Source: a virus
Taxonomy: Duplodnaviria > Caudoviricetes
Reading direction: 5' to 3' (one strand)
DNA length: 64,000 nucleotides
Virus record (IMG/VR): IMGVR_UViG_3300031555_003108
Span: 27,270 to 91,269 of that record
Part shown: in pieces, positions 53,850 through 63,455 of the stretch
How positions within the stretch are numbered: position 1 is the stretch's first letter
Layout of the letters: every line of letters starts with the position of its first letter
Made by a program: the position numbers and the translations under genes
The notes under the pieces: generated by a model
What the model saw: only the letters and a program-made list of their open reading frames with translations
Database searches by the model: none
Told to the model about the DNA's origin: nothing

Positions 53850-55649
53850 TTACTCAGTAACAGTTACAGCAGTCTCACCGAGGGAATCCTCAAGAGAAAC
53901 TTCAAGAACAAAGTCCTCAATAGCTTCAATCGGAACAATTCTTACTCTAGCTTTAAGTGTAGCCTTTTTATCAGTATAGACCTTTTCGACTTTGTAGTCT
54001 CTTACGCCTTGGTCAGCTTTCATTCTGTCAAGCGTAGGAGTAATAGAGTTCTTAAAGTTAATCCAAAGTACATCACTATTAGGATCGAATGTGAATCTAC
54101 GGCAAGATACATAAAGCTGTTTCTTAATAGTTGTACAAAGCTGTCTAATGTTTAAGAAGTGATGAGCCGTAAGGTCTCCACCGCCGTCATAGTCGCCAAG
54201 CAGATGACAAGTTCTATTGCCCCAGAGATAGTAGCTTCCACGGAAGTTAGCAACTACATTAACTGCAAAAGGCATATTATATCTGCCGGCTCTCTTATAT
54301 CTAGGCTCAAGTGCTTGAATAGCAATCTCACCGAGCTTAACGGTTGTATGGTCTATTGTGTAGCTAGAAACACCACGATTATAACCGGCTGCAGCGTACC
54401 ATTCTGCAAAATTCATGTCAATCATTCTCTTGTAGCAGGCAAGATAATGGAACGCACCTGGGAACTTCGTATTGTCTCCAAAACGAGGAGCATCCATTTT
54501 ATAAACTACACTAGGAACTGTACATGTGCAGTATTTACCAGTCTCTGCTGTAATACCAAGTTTTGCAGCAGCCTCTTCAATGCGATGTTCCGGACGTCCA
54601 GCTCCAGAAATATAAGTATCTTCATTAATTTCAACAAGAGCTACACAGTCACCACGTCCGCTCTCAGGGTCAGCTTCGTATTCTTCTGACTGTTTGTATG
54701 CAGCGAGTTTTGCAATAATTGCATTTGCGTTATTGAAGTCAGCTGTAGTAAAGCAATCTTCTGTTTCAAAGTCAAAATGTTCCTCAGCAATTTTAGCGGC
54801 TTTTTGCGCAGTCTCGTTAGCAACTTCTGCATTCTGTACTGCAGATGTTGCTTTAGTAACATCATCAGCAGCTTTTTTATCTGCGGCATCGGCTGTTTTA
54901 ATAAGGTCTTCTAGTTTTTTCTTTGTTTCTTTTAATTTCTCTAGTTTTCCTTCTTCATAGCCTTCTTGACCCTTTTCAGGACAAGTGTCTATTTCCTCTA
55001 AGTTTACTGCAAGGCTATCTTCTAGATTTTTTAACTCAGCATTTGTTGTTATTTTATTTTTTTCTGCTGTTTCAAGAGTAGCTTGTGCTGTTTTCAACGT
55101 TTCAGCAGCTTTTTCAGCTTCTGCTATTGCTTTATTCATTTCAGTTTCAAGCTGAGCAGCTTTAGGTGTATTATGAGCAGAAAGAAAACCATGGGTAATA
55201 AATCTAAAATCATAACTTGCTTTATCTTTAAAGATTTCCCAAGCGTCTTCTTTTGTGACGTCCTTCATAGCTTTAATCGCGTCAGCTGCGCTCTCAGGAA
55301 TCTTACCGAGTGACATATAAATAACAGTAGGATAACCTTGTTTAAGTAGCTCATAAGCCATCTGGTTACCATAGTGAGGCGGAACATGCAAAGCCCATTC
55401 TTCATCTTCAGCAATAAAGCTGGGCGCAACTAAACCGATAGTCGTTTCAAAATCACCGACAGAAGAAAACTCAAAAATACCATTATCATCGGGTAGAGTA
55501 TAACCTTTATTAGGATTAATTTTCATCTGATTAATAATTTCTTCTGTGGATCTTTGCGCAAAACCACAAATGAGAACTGAGTTATTAGAATACTCGCCAG
55601 GAGTACCAGCAGTAGTTCTATCAATTTCATTAATAAGTATCTTTGGCAT
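53850..55649 (-). CDS. tail sheath protein with coiled-coil insertion
   Basis: W.AAAG.NRG, LWGNRT, LNIRQL, F.F.PN, P..AIE. Confidence 0.9.
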   Translation of the reverse strand: MPKILINEIDRTTAGTPGEYSNNSVLICGFAQRSTEEIINQMKINPNKGYTLPDDNGIFEFSSVGDFETTIGLVAPSFIAEDEEWALHVPPHYGNQMAYELLKQGYPTVIYMSLGKIPESAADAIKAMKDVTKEDAWEIFKDKASYDFRFITHGFLSAHNTPKAAQLETEMNKAIAEAEKAAETLKTAQATLETAEKNKITTNAELKNLEDSLAVNLEEIDTCPEKGQEGYEEGKLEKLKETKKKLEDLIKTADAADKKAADDVTKATSAVQNAEVANETAQKAAKIAEEHFDFETEDCFTTADFNNANAIIAKLAAYKQSEEYEADPESGRGDCVALVEINEDTYISGAGRPEHRIEEAAAKLGITAETGKYCTCTVPSVVYKMDAPRFGDNTKFPGAFHYLACYKRMIDMNFAEWYAAAGYNRGVSSYTIDHTTVKLGEIAIQALEPRYKRAGRYNMPFAVNVVANFRGSYYLWGNRTCHLLGDYDGGGDLTAHHFLNIRQLCTTIKKQLYVSCRRFTFDPNSDVLWINFKNSITPTLDRMKADQGVRDYKVEKVYTDKKATLKARVRIVPIEAIEDFVLEVSLEDSLGETAVTVTE

Positions 55650-55719
55650 ACTAAATGAATCTCCTTATTTATTTTTAATTAATTTTATACGCTAAAAGTT
55701 GTGAGTCGTTAAACTCAAT

Positions 55720-55731
55720 TAATTTAGCAAA
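55720..55731 (-). promoter_or_regulatory. late promoter TTTGCTAAATTA
   Basis: Overlaps upstream stop; precedes sheath. Confidence 0.75.
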
Positions 55732-56374
55732 TAATTTGTTCTATTATATCTAATTCTTTAGGATCTTCAATTCTATCGCAAAGGGCAAGTTCAACTCCAA
55801 CAAAACGCCAATTCTTTTTATATGGAATACTAAATAGAAAGCCATCTTGCAATTCAAGCTGAATTGTCCAGCGATAAAATTGTCCTGAGAAAATATGTGT
55901 TGGGATATCGCTCGTGTCAGACACACTGTTTAGAACTCTTAAATTTGCAGTGTGTTTAATTACATAATTATTGTATGGAATTTCTACAATAATTTGTGGG
56001 TTATTTATGAGCTTAAATAAAAACTGTCTAACATATTCATCAGCGTCAAGCTGCCTTTTAGTGTAGATATCTAGTTGGTAAAGTGTTTTAACTGGGATAA
56101 CATTCATATGCACAGTCGCAGCATTTAATGTGTCTTTTTGAATTATTAAACCATCAAAAGATTTATTCTGCTTAATTGTATTAGTTATTTCAAGCTCCTT
56201 ATTTCTAGATATTGTCAATAGTGGCAGTTGGAGTGGTTTATCTCCAGAATCCTCAGCTTGTAGCTCAATCACTCTTTTTGTCTCATCCGGGTTAAGTACT
56301 CTCAAGGTAGAGCTATCTGCAAGCCAGCCTTTTATTTTAGCAGTAACTGCATCATCATAATAACTTATTGCCAT
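55724..56374 (-). CDS. tail terminator/completion protein (gp15-like)
   Basis: LPLLTISR, PV...YQLDIYT; position. Confidence 0.7.
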   Translation of the reverse strand: MAISYYDDAVTAKIKGWLADSSTLRVLNPDETKRVIELQAEDSGDKPLQLPLLTISRNKELEITNTIKQNKSFDGLIIQKDTLNAATVHMNVIPVKTLYQLDIYTKRQLDADEYVRQFLFKLINNPQIIVEIPYNNYVIKHTANLRVLNSVSDTSDIPTHIFSGQFYRWTIQLELQDGFLFSIPYKKNWRFVGVELALCDRIEDPKELDIIEQIIC

Positions 56375-56388
56375 AAAATAACTCCTTT

Positions 56389-56715
56389 CTAAGCGCTTAG
56401 CGCAGTTTTTAATATCTGACTGCCTGAAATATTATTTATTCCATAAGTAATTATTCTGGCGAGTTGGTCGTACTTTTCATCTTTAAAAAAGAATATAATT
56501 TCATTTTCCTCGCCGGTGCTAAACTGCAGATTGGCGAGCAACAAAAAACATGCATTTTTTAAGGTAAGCTTATAATTTTCTATTAAGTAATTATTTAAAA
56601 TTACTTCAGTGCCTCGCATTGGATATAAAGAAATGAGTGACCTTGCTCTTATTAAAGTTTTTAGCTTTATAATACTTACTGGCTTTTTACTATCTGTTTG
56701 TATAGCATAGAACAT
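56389..56715 (-). CDS. hypothetical protein
   Basis: ORF track; coupled to upstream gene. Confidence 0.7.
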   Translation of the reverse strand: MFYAIQTDSKKPVSIIKLKTLIRARSLISLYPMRGTEVILNNYLIENYKLTLKNACFLLLANLQFSTGEENEIIFFFKDEKYDQLARIITYGINNISGSQILKTALSA

Positions 56716-58130
56716 TATTTATCAGCTCCAGCTTTTTCTTTTCCTGGCGTATCCAGTAGGTATGCAATTACCCTTGAAGCCATTTTCTTTTCCACATCCA
56801 AAGTCAGGTCGTAGTCTGCTAAAATTTCCTCTTGAATGCGATCAAGCTTTGTGTCATCTGTATGATACTTTAGCTTGATTAGAAGTTCTTTGGCCTGTTG
56901 CGCTAACTTCTTGTGAACTCTTCTGAACTCGTCCTGGCCCAGTATATATCTTAACAAATCTTTTACAAGACTTCTCTTTACCGCTTCCTGTAGAATCTTC
57001 TCAATAGCATTATTGTCAGCAGTTTTCTTTGCAGCTGTTTTAAATAGATGCTTATAAAGCTCTCGTACCTCAAGTAATGACTTTAGCTTTGCATCTCTTG
57101 CTAATGCACTTACAGCTTCTTGCTTACTATTAAACAGTGCTTTTACATTTTCTAAATAATTTTTATCTAAAACCTGCTGCTGAATAAACATTTTGGATAA
57201 AAATCTAGGGTCATTAGCATATTCAGTGCCTTCAACAGAAGCTAAGACTTGCTTTTGCAGCGAAAGATACTCAACGATATCTAAACCATTACGATTATAA
57301 AGGTCACTGCAGAATAAAATATTTTCAGTGCCAATCGCATCAGGGTAGTTACCCAGCATATTGCCTGTAATATGTTTTTCTATAAAAGCATTATGAATAG
57401 CCCCGTAGTTATTTAGAGTGAGTTTTTCAAATATCTCTGGTTTCTTTTGAATTAAAATTTTTAAAAATTGAGCAAATGGGTTAACTTCTGAATTATAACC
57501 AAGTTTATTAAATTCAATAGTTAACACTTTATCTAAGCTTTTTAGCTTGGCTACAATGCCTTTAGTATCTTTTTCTGGTGATTCTACCCCTGCGTATTCT
57601 TGGCTGTAGTAGTCATCATAGAATTTACTAAGTACTTCTGATGTAGCTGTATTAGTCTTTTTAGCATCATTGAGTCTTCTGGCTCTTTCTGCTGTCCAGT
57701 CAAGCTTGCCTTTATTTGACACTGCCTCATCAGTTCCATTTTCTGCCGGCTCTTCAGGTTCTTCAGGCTTTCTTGGATTAGGCATCTTGCTAAGCCCCGC
57801 TAGAATTTCCAAGGTTGTTTGTTTAATTATTTTTAATTCTTTCTGGCTAGAGCTATATTTCTCTACTAACTCAATTAGCTTATTAATCATGCCCCAGAGT
57901 TGATTAGTTCTTGGTGGTAATCCTAATTTAAGTACTTCTGCTTTATAGGAAAGCTCTAGTTTATCTAACTGAACTTCTCCTGTTTTTTGCATGTGTTTAC
58001 CAGCCCACTCAGCGAGCTTTGTATAATAATCATAGTCTGGGTTATCCTTACCTTCTGGTGCTAGTATTGTTAGAACATCTTTACTTTGTGGTAAGCGTTT
58101 TTCTATAAGATATGTTTCTGGTAAAATCAT
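56715..58130 (-). CDS. hypothetical virion-region protein
   Basis: 471 aa; N-terminal YLIE. Confidence 0.7.
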   Translation of the reverse strand: MILPETYLIEKRLPQSKDVLTILAPEGKDNPDYDYYTKLAEWAGKHMQKTGEVQLDKLELSYKAEVLKLGLPPRTNQLWGMINKLIELVEKYSSSQKELKIIKQTTLEILAGLSKMPNPRKPEEPEEPAENGTDEAVSNKGKLDWTAERARRLNDAKKTNTATSEVLSKFYDDYYSQEYAGVESPEKDTKGIVAKLKSLDKVLTIEFNKLGYNSEVNPFAQFLKILIQKKPEIFEKLTLNNYGAIHNAFIEKHITGNMLGNYPDAIGTENILFCSDLYNRNGLDIVEYLSLQKQVLASVEGTEYANDPRFLSKMFIQQQVLDKNYLENVKALFNSKQEAVSALARDAKLKSLLEVRELYKHLFKTAAKKTADNNAIEKILQEAVKRSLVKDLLRYILGQDEFRRVHKKLAQQAKELLIKLKYHTDDTKLDRIQEEILADYDLTLDVEKKMASRVIAYLLDTPGKEKAGADK

Positions 58131-58135
58131 AGTTT

Positions 58136-58651
58136 TTAATCATCACCTTCACGGTCAATTAGTAGTGGCATGTCTTCTTTTTCATGGGCTGTGGTTGTTA
58201 AGTGTTGTTCATCAACTGATTCATACTCAAGAGCAATTTCACAGGCAATTGATGCAGGGTAAATCATAATGTTCTGCAGACTAATTACACGGAACGTTCT
58301 CGGTTTAGCTAGATCAAGCCCACTTGGAACGTCAAAGAGTGCTCCAACTTGCAGCCCCGGCAAATCATATGGTACATGAATAATGGAAGAACCTTCTTGG
58401 AGCTCAGCAACCCAGCCCATCTTTTTAAGGGACTTCTGGTCAGGGTGCTCTTGGAAGATACAGCCGATAGTGATTCCTGGCTTATACCCGCTTACCAAGT
58501 CGCCTCTGTTATCATATTCTTTATTTTTTAAAGGCTCCTTATAAATAACATTAATGCCATGTAGTCTGGTCATTTCTTTAAACCAAGTTCTATACAGCTT
58601 TATGTCATTTCCACGAATAAGAAAACCGAAGTCATTCCTGGTGTCTGACAT
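58136..58651 (-). CDS. head closure / neck protein (gp14-like)
   Basis: E...LHGINV.Y, LKKMGW..E; position. Confidence 0.6.
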   Translation of the reverse strand: MSDTRNDFGFLIRGNDIKLYRTWFKEMTRLHGINVIYKEPLKNKEYDNRGDLVSGYKPGITIGCIFQEHPDQKSLKKMGWVAELQEGSSIIHVPYDLPGLQVGALFDVPSGLDLAKPRTFRVISLQNIMIYPASIACEIALEYESVDEQHLTTTAHEKEDMPLLIDREGDD

Positions 58652-58717
58652 TAGTAGAGCTCCTTTCTATAAATATCTTAAGAAAGAGCACGTTTGTACT
58701 CTTTCTTAAGTCTTAAA

Positions 58718-60202
58718 TTAATTTTTTGCGATCTTAAAAGATTCTGTAATAAGAGTTTTATTTTCGGTGCGACCAACAATAAAGAATTGCTTATCTAAAC
58801 CAAGTTTTTCATTTAAGCCTCGTAGAGTAATTTTGCCATCCTCAACAAGAGCCTCATTAAAAGTATAAGCTATTTTTCTTGTATTACCAGAAGTAAAATG
58901 TACAACACCTTCAACCATAAACTTATTATCTGAATAAGAGCATTCCTTTAATCTAAAGCCTGCAACATTACCATAAAGCTCGACTAGTGCATCCGACATC
59001 ATATACTCAAGAGCATCTTCCTGAAGTTCGTCAACGCTCTCAAAAACACTATCTAAGCTTTCTTCTTTCTTAGACTTTTCTTCATCTTCCATAGCAAGCA
59101 TAGCTCTAACAGCGGTATCGGAAATAGGCTTTTTAAACTCAGACGAGTTCATAAGTTGGTCAAATTCTGCATCAGATACATCAGAATCAGTATCTTCGTG
59201 GAGTGCTTCAGTAAGGCTCTCATTGACCTCTTCAGTTTCCACAGGCATGTCTTCTGCAACAGGTTCTTCTGCATCTGTTTCGTTCTCTGCAAGTTCTTCT
59301 GCACTAACTTCATCGTTTTTTACTGCATCAGGAAGTGCATTTTCTAAGTCAGCTTTAAAAGCATCGATTCTTCTCTGGATAGCATCTTTAACCTGAGCAT
59401 TTTCAGTTTTTTCAAGAGCGGCTTCTTCCTGAGCAATCATATTTCTAAGATATTCAATATATTCGTTATGCGCCTCAAGCTTTGCGTCAAGGTCTTTGTC
59501 ATCAGCGAGCTCCTCTACAAGAGCTTCGCCTGTGTGAGTAACAAAAGATTCTTCTTTCTTTTCTTCTCCCTCTACATCATCTTCGATATTATCAAGGTCA
59601 AATTCTTCTAGCTCATCATCGAAGTTGAGGTCTTCCTCAGAAGATTCTTCTGTAGTTTCTTCAGCAGCCTCTTCACTCTCAACGTCAAGATCAAGCTCAC
59701 CTTCTGCAGGAAGTTCCTCGGGAGCAGCTTCTTCTGGCTCAGCTTCACCAACCTTACCAATGATACTGTAGCCACTCTCATTTCCGCAGTGCTGACAAAC
59801 TTCATTAACGTTTACTGTAGCAGGGTCTTCCTCAGAAGCGACTACGTCTTCCGGATTTTTATAGAAAAGTGTCATACATTGAGGACACTGCATAATTAGC
59901 TTGCCAACATAAGAGGTAAGAAGGTCTTCAGCTGACTCTGCATCAAGGTCAACAATTTTTTCAATGCGAGCAAGCTTTGCCTGTGCCACTTCGGCTTCTC
60001 TGGCATCTTTTGCATCTTCTAAACCTTCATTACTACTAATGTCATAATACTCTTCCATAAGAGTATCGAACTTAGTTTTACGTGAAAAAATTTCTGTAAG
60101 TGCAGGACGATTAGCTCTAACTTTTTCCGCCTGTGGTATTTCGATTTCATCGAGCGCCTTAAAAGCGGCTTCTAAGTCAAACTTTGTAATAGATTCTTTC
60201 AT
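58718..60202 (-). CDS. acidic scaffold/core-like head protein with Zn finger
   Basis: Very acidic; many L-x-E sites (LMEE, LVEE, SLTE, LHE, ITE); CPQC..CQHC. Confidence 0.6.
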   Translation of the reverse strand: MKESITKFDLEAAFKALDEIEIPQAEKVRANRPALTEIFSRKTKFDTLMEEYYDISSNEGLEDAKDAREAEVAQAKLARIEKIVDLDAESAEDLLTSYVGKLIMQCPQCMTLFYKNPEDVVASEEDPATVNVNEVCQHCGNESGYSIIGKVGEAEPEEAAPEELPAEGELDLDVESEEAAEETTEESSEEDLNFDDELEEFDLDNIEDDVEGEEKKEESFVTHTGEALVEELADDKDLDAKLEAHNEYIEYLRNMIAQEEAALEKTENAQVKDAIQRRIDAFKADLENALPDAVKNDEVSAEELAENETDAEEPVAEDMPVETEEVNESLTEALHEDTDSDVSDAEFDQLMNSSEFKKPISDTAVRAMLAMEDEEKSKKEESLDSVFESVDELQEDALEYMMSDALVELYGNVAGFRLKECSYSDNKFMVEGVVHFTSGNTRKIAYTFNEALVEDGKITLRGLNEKLGLDKQFFIVGRTENKTLITESFKIAKN

Positions 60203-60229
60203 TTTATAATAAATCTCCTTTTTATTTAC

Positions 60230-60952
60230 TTAATCGAGTAAGAATGTCATATTTGAATTGACTCTAAGTATTTCACGAAGTTCTTTTAATTCAGTATTAC
60301 CTTCTTCTAAAATTTTGTCACCATCTTGAGTCCAAAGCGCATTACTCTGTGCAAAGCGAGTTCTAATACGACCGAGGACAACTTTTGTCAAAGCAACACA
60401 TAGCTTAATTAAAATATCAATCCAATAGTCACTTTTAATATCTTCAACAGACTTTAACTTTGGAATATACTCTATAGTAATCATGCTAGGTCTAGAACTT
60501 CCACAGCTAATATATAATTTATTATCGTGTCGATCTTCTTTAAATGACAGGTCAGTAGACATAGTATTTTTTATTTGGTATATAGTCATCCAAGAAGCGT
60601 AGTTCATAACGTAGTCCTGAAGATTATACATCGTGCCGCCATTACTAAAAATAGCAAACTGTGCCATTTGAACTGGGTCATTCATAACTGAGAGTCCACT
60701 AGCAGAATCTCCAAAACCTTCTGTTCGATAGACTTTTACGATAGAGCTTACTTCTTCTTTAAAAAACTCGCCTTCAAGACTTATACAACTCGCAAAAGGC
60801 AAGGTAAGCATTTTCGTCTCGTCCCAGTACCGGGTAAGCTCTCTAAGTGCTTTTTTAACTACAGACACTAAAGTTTCATCTGTAATTTCCATATCTAATA
60901 TATATCCTGTAAGCTCAATCTTTATTTCGTCAAGAATGTCTTCAAGCTTCAT
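60230..60952 (-). CDS. neck protein (gp13-like)
   Basis: I..ELTG....EIT; ALTK..LG.IR..F; DG..ILEEG..EL..L. Confidence 0.8.
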   Translation of the reverse strand: MKLEDILDEIKIELTGYILDMEITDETLVSVVKKALRELTRYWDETKMLTLPFASCISLEGEFFKEEVSSIVKVYRTEGFGDSASGLSVMNDPVQMAQFAIFSNGGTMYNLQDYVMNYASWMTIYQIKNTMSTDLSFKEDRHDNKLYISCGSSRPSMITIEYIPKLKSVEDIKSDYWIDILIKLCVALTKVVLGRIRTRFAQSNALWTQDGDKILEEGNTELKELREILRVNSNMTFLLD

Positions 60953-60980
60953 CTTTTACCTCCCTGTCAACATTACTAAA

Positions 60981-60992
60981 TAATTTAGCAAA
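60981..60992 (-). promoter_or_regulatory. late promoter TTTGCTAAATTA
   Basis: Consensus match upstream of neck gene. Confidence 0.75.
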
Positions 60993-60993
60993 T

Positions 60994-61032
60994 AAAAAAG
61001 AGACTATCCTTAAAGTAGGATAGTCTCTTTTT
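60994..61032. terminator. bidirectional terminator
   Basis: AAAAAGAGACTATCCT...AGGATAGTCTCTTTTT. Confidence 0.85.
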
Positions 61033-61040
61033 AAATTTGA

Positions 61041-62159
61041 TTATACTGTGGGCTTCTTTCTGAACACAATGCCACCAAAACTCTTTTTACCATCAGCGCC
61101 AATATATGTCTTAGCCTCAATTTTATGAGTAAATGGACTTACTTCAGGATTAGAATTAAGATACTTCTTACACTCTGTTACATACCATTCATAAGTTTCC
61201 ATATCAAGGTTATCAAGCACACCGATAGTAGAAAACATCCAGCCAGCAAAATCTTCTGGATAGGTAGACATACTAACTCTAATAGGATGAGTACCATCCT
61301 TCATAGTCATACCAATCATCTCTATATATTCTTCTTTATAAAGATCATAATTTACACCAGACTTAAAATGCTTTGCATTACGTTCTGCTTGTGCCTCATG
61401 AAAAGAAGTGATCCAATCACAATTAACTACTTTAGTTCCAGAGTAATTATTTTCCTTAGTCGGATTGTCGAAGGTCATATGCAACTCGATGCCAAAACCA
61501 AGGTAAGCCTGCTTAAGCATGAGGTATCCGCCAACACAAGGGTTAGCACGATTCATCAGCGGAGCGAGAATAATAAAATCGACCTTACCAACAATGCACT
61601 TCATAAATTCGCCGTAGAGTGAGAAGGGCGGATTCGTAATACAGACATCGTACTTAGAGTAGTTCACATCCTGAAATTTAATACCAAGGCCGGTAGCAGG
61701 ATTATAACCACTTGCAGTAATACTCTTAATGCCCCAAGCTCGAGCATTTTGAGTAAGCGCTCTTATAAAGTTACAAGTAAGTCTATCTCTAAGGAAGTCT
61801 TCGATTTCATCCTCCGCGAGCGCAATGTGTTTTACTGTATGTTCTTCGTCATTAGACCAAAGATCTACATAAACAGACTGAACCGCCTTGAATACCGAGT
61901 TACCTGCCACTTCTACCCCAGGGTCTTTATATGTAATAGTAATAGAATAAATATTTTCATTCTCTACAATATTCCAATCACAGGGACAAATAATAGTCTT
62001 ACCTTGAAATTTACCAAGTGCTGCCCACAGAGAGAGCTCATTAAGAATATCTTGCATGTCAGTATAGCATTCGTCATTTTTCTTAGCACCGAGCTGTCCC
62101 TCGTTTCCGTGCTTAAGTGAGTTCTTTATTTTCTTAAGTACCTTTTCCTGTTTCTCCAT
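61041..62159 (-). CDS. adenine-specific DNA methyltransferase, EcoRI-methylase family
   Basis: K.DE.YT...I..EL...F.GK.I.CPCD; catalytic TNPPFS. Confidence 0.8.
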   Translation of the reverse strand: MEKQEKVLKKIKNSLKHGNEGQLGAKKNDECYTDMQDILNELSLWAALGKFQGKTIICPCDWNIVENENIYSITITYKDPGVEVAGNSVFKAVQSVYVDLWSNDEEHTVKHIALAEDEIEDFLRDRLTCNFIRALTQNARAWGIKSITASGYNPATGLGIKFQDVNYSKYDVCITNPPFSLYGEFMKCIVGKVDFIILAPLMNRANPCVGGYLMLKQAYLGFGIELHMTFDNPTKENNYSGTKVVNCDWITSFHEAQAERNAKHFKSGVNYDLYKEEYIEMIGMTMKDGTHPIRVSMSTYPEDFAGWMFSTIGVLDNLDMETYEWYVTECKKYLNSNPEVSPFTHKIEAKTYIGADGKKSFGGIVFRKKPTV

Positions 62160-62171
62160 TGCAGTATCTCC

Positions 62172-63329
62172 TTACGCCTTATTACCTTTACTAGTATTGT
62201 GATGCTTACAAAGAAGCTGTGCGTTCGCAAGAATAGTTCTTCCACCTTTAGACCACGGGGTAATGTGGTCTACCTCGAGTTTAGAATAATTAGTCTCTGT
62301 GCAGTGTACTCCGGTCGCCGGATCAATATGTGCACAGCGATTACTACGAGAGTAGAGTTCATCCTTAATATTCTTAGAGAAGTTACGCTGAGGGTCGAGG
62401 GAAGCGGAATAGCTGTTATCTACGAAATAGTCGATAAATGTCTTATGAGTATCAATATCCCAAGAGCCAATATCGTTAATACCCTTAATACTCTTTCTGT
62501 AGAGGTTAATAATATCATCTGCGTTGTAGTTCTTTCTTACGATATATGCAGCGACAGCAAGTGCTCTATCTTCTTTAATCTTAGTTGCTCTCGCGAATTC
62601 ATTGAAGACCTGAAGTATTTCATCAAAACTAAATGCCTTTGGGTCAAACCAAGACGTTCTCAGCGGACGAATACGATCACGGAGAAGAAGCTTTGATTTA
62701 TCTGCACTTGGTGCTTTCTTAGAATCATGAAGGTCAAACATAGTAAGAAGAAGCTTGTAGGCCTGCTCACCACGGCCGATCGGTTTAATCTGATCCATAG
62801 TCTTAGCGGAATGCTCTACGAAGTTTTCGAACTCTGTGAGGAAGGTTCCGTGAAGCATACCAGACAGACACTCATAGGGTGTGAGGTTGACGGAGTTGGT
62901 ATTAATAAGGTCAAAGCTTTGTTCTTCCTCCGCACTTGTACCTGCTCGTTCTACGATATCAAAAGTATAGCTAAGAAGTTTTTCTTGGTCTTCAGAAGAG
63001 AGAGCTGCAAAGTTTACTGCCTTACCGTTTCTGATAGTTGTGAAATTAATGCTAGGTGTAGGATTAATGAAATAGTAGAGAGAAAGTACTCTCTGCTTAC
63101 CATCATGAAGATTAAGGTAACCGGTCTCGGTGTTAGACCAGAAATAAAGGGCAGGTAGTTGAATATTGTATTCTAAGATAGAATGAATCACGCTTCCTGA
63201 TTTAGTTGTCTTACCACAGTCAAGCTGTACCTCAATGGAAGCATAAATAAACTTACGCTGTGTAGACTGATTGTACTGAAGCTTTCCTGTATTAATCATC
63301 TCAACAAGTTCTCTTACGGTCTTTTTCAT
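62172..63329 (-). CDS. DUF262 + HNH endonuclease (GmrSD-like architecture)
   Basis: QR.FI, DGKQR, F..IN...V.L; C-terminal EVDHITPWSKGG.T...N.QLLC..HN..K. Confidence 0.85.
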   Translation of the reverse strand: MKKTVRELVEMINTGKLQYNQSTQRKFIYASIEVQLDCGKTTKSGSVIHSILEYNIQLPALYFWSNTETGYLNLHDGKQRVLSLYYFINPTPSINFTTIRNGKAVNFAALSSEDQEKLLSYTFDIVERAGTSAEEEQSFDLINTNSVNLTPYECLSGMLHGTFLTEFENFVEHSAKTMDQIKPIGRGEQAYKLLLTMFDLHDSKKAPSADKSKLLLRDRIRPLRTSWFDPKAFSFDEILQVFNEFARATKIKEDRALAVAAYIVRKNYNADDIINLYRKSIKGINDIGSWDIDTHKTFIDYFVDNSYSASLDPQRNFSKNIKDELYSRSNRCAHIDPATGVHCTETNYSKLEVDHITPWSKGGRTILANAQLLCKHHNTSKGNKA

Positions 63330-63362
63330 TTACAGTTTCCTCCAAAATTTATCTATTACTAT

Positions 63363-63372
63363 ATAATACAAT
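63363..63372 (-). promoter_or_regulatory. middle-type promoter for the nuclease/methylase cassette
   Basis: ATTGTATTAT. Confidence 0.55.
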
Positions 63373-63401
63373 ATATACTTTAGTTTTTCACTATATATTA
63401 A

Positions 63402-63439
63402 AAAAATAGCAGGGCTTCTTTTGAAGCCCTGCTATTTTT
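63402..63439. terminator. terminator after major capsid gene
   Basis: AAAAATAGCAGGGCTTC...GAAGCCCTGCTATTTTT. Confidence 0.9.
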
Positions 63440-63455
63440 ATTTAGTTGCTATTAA

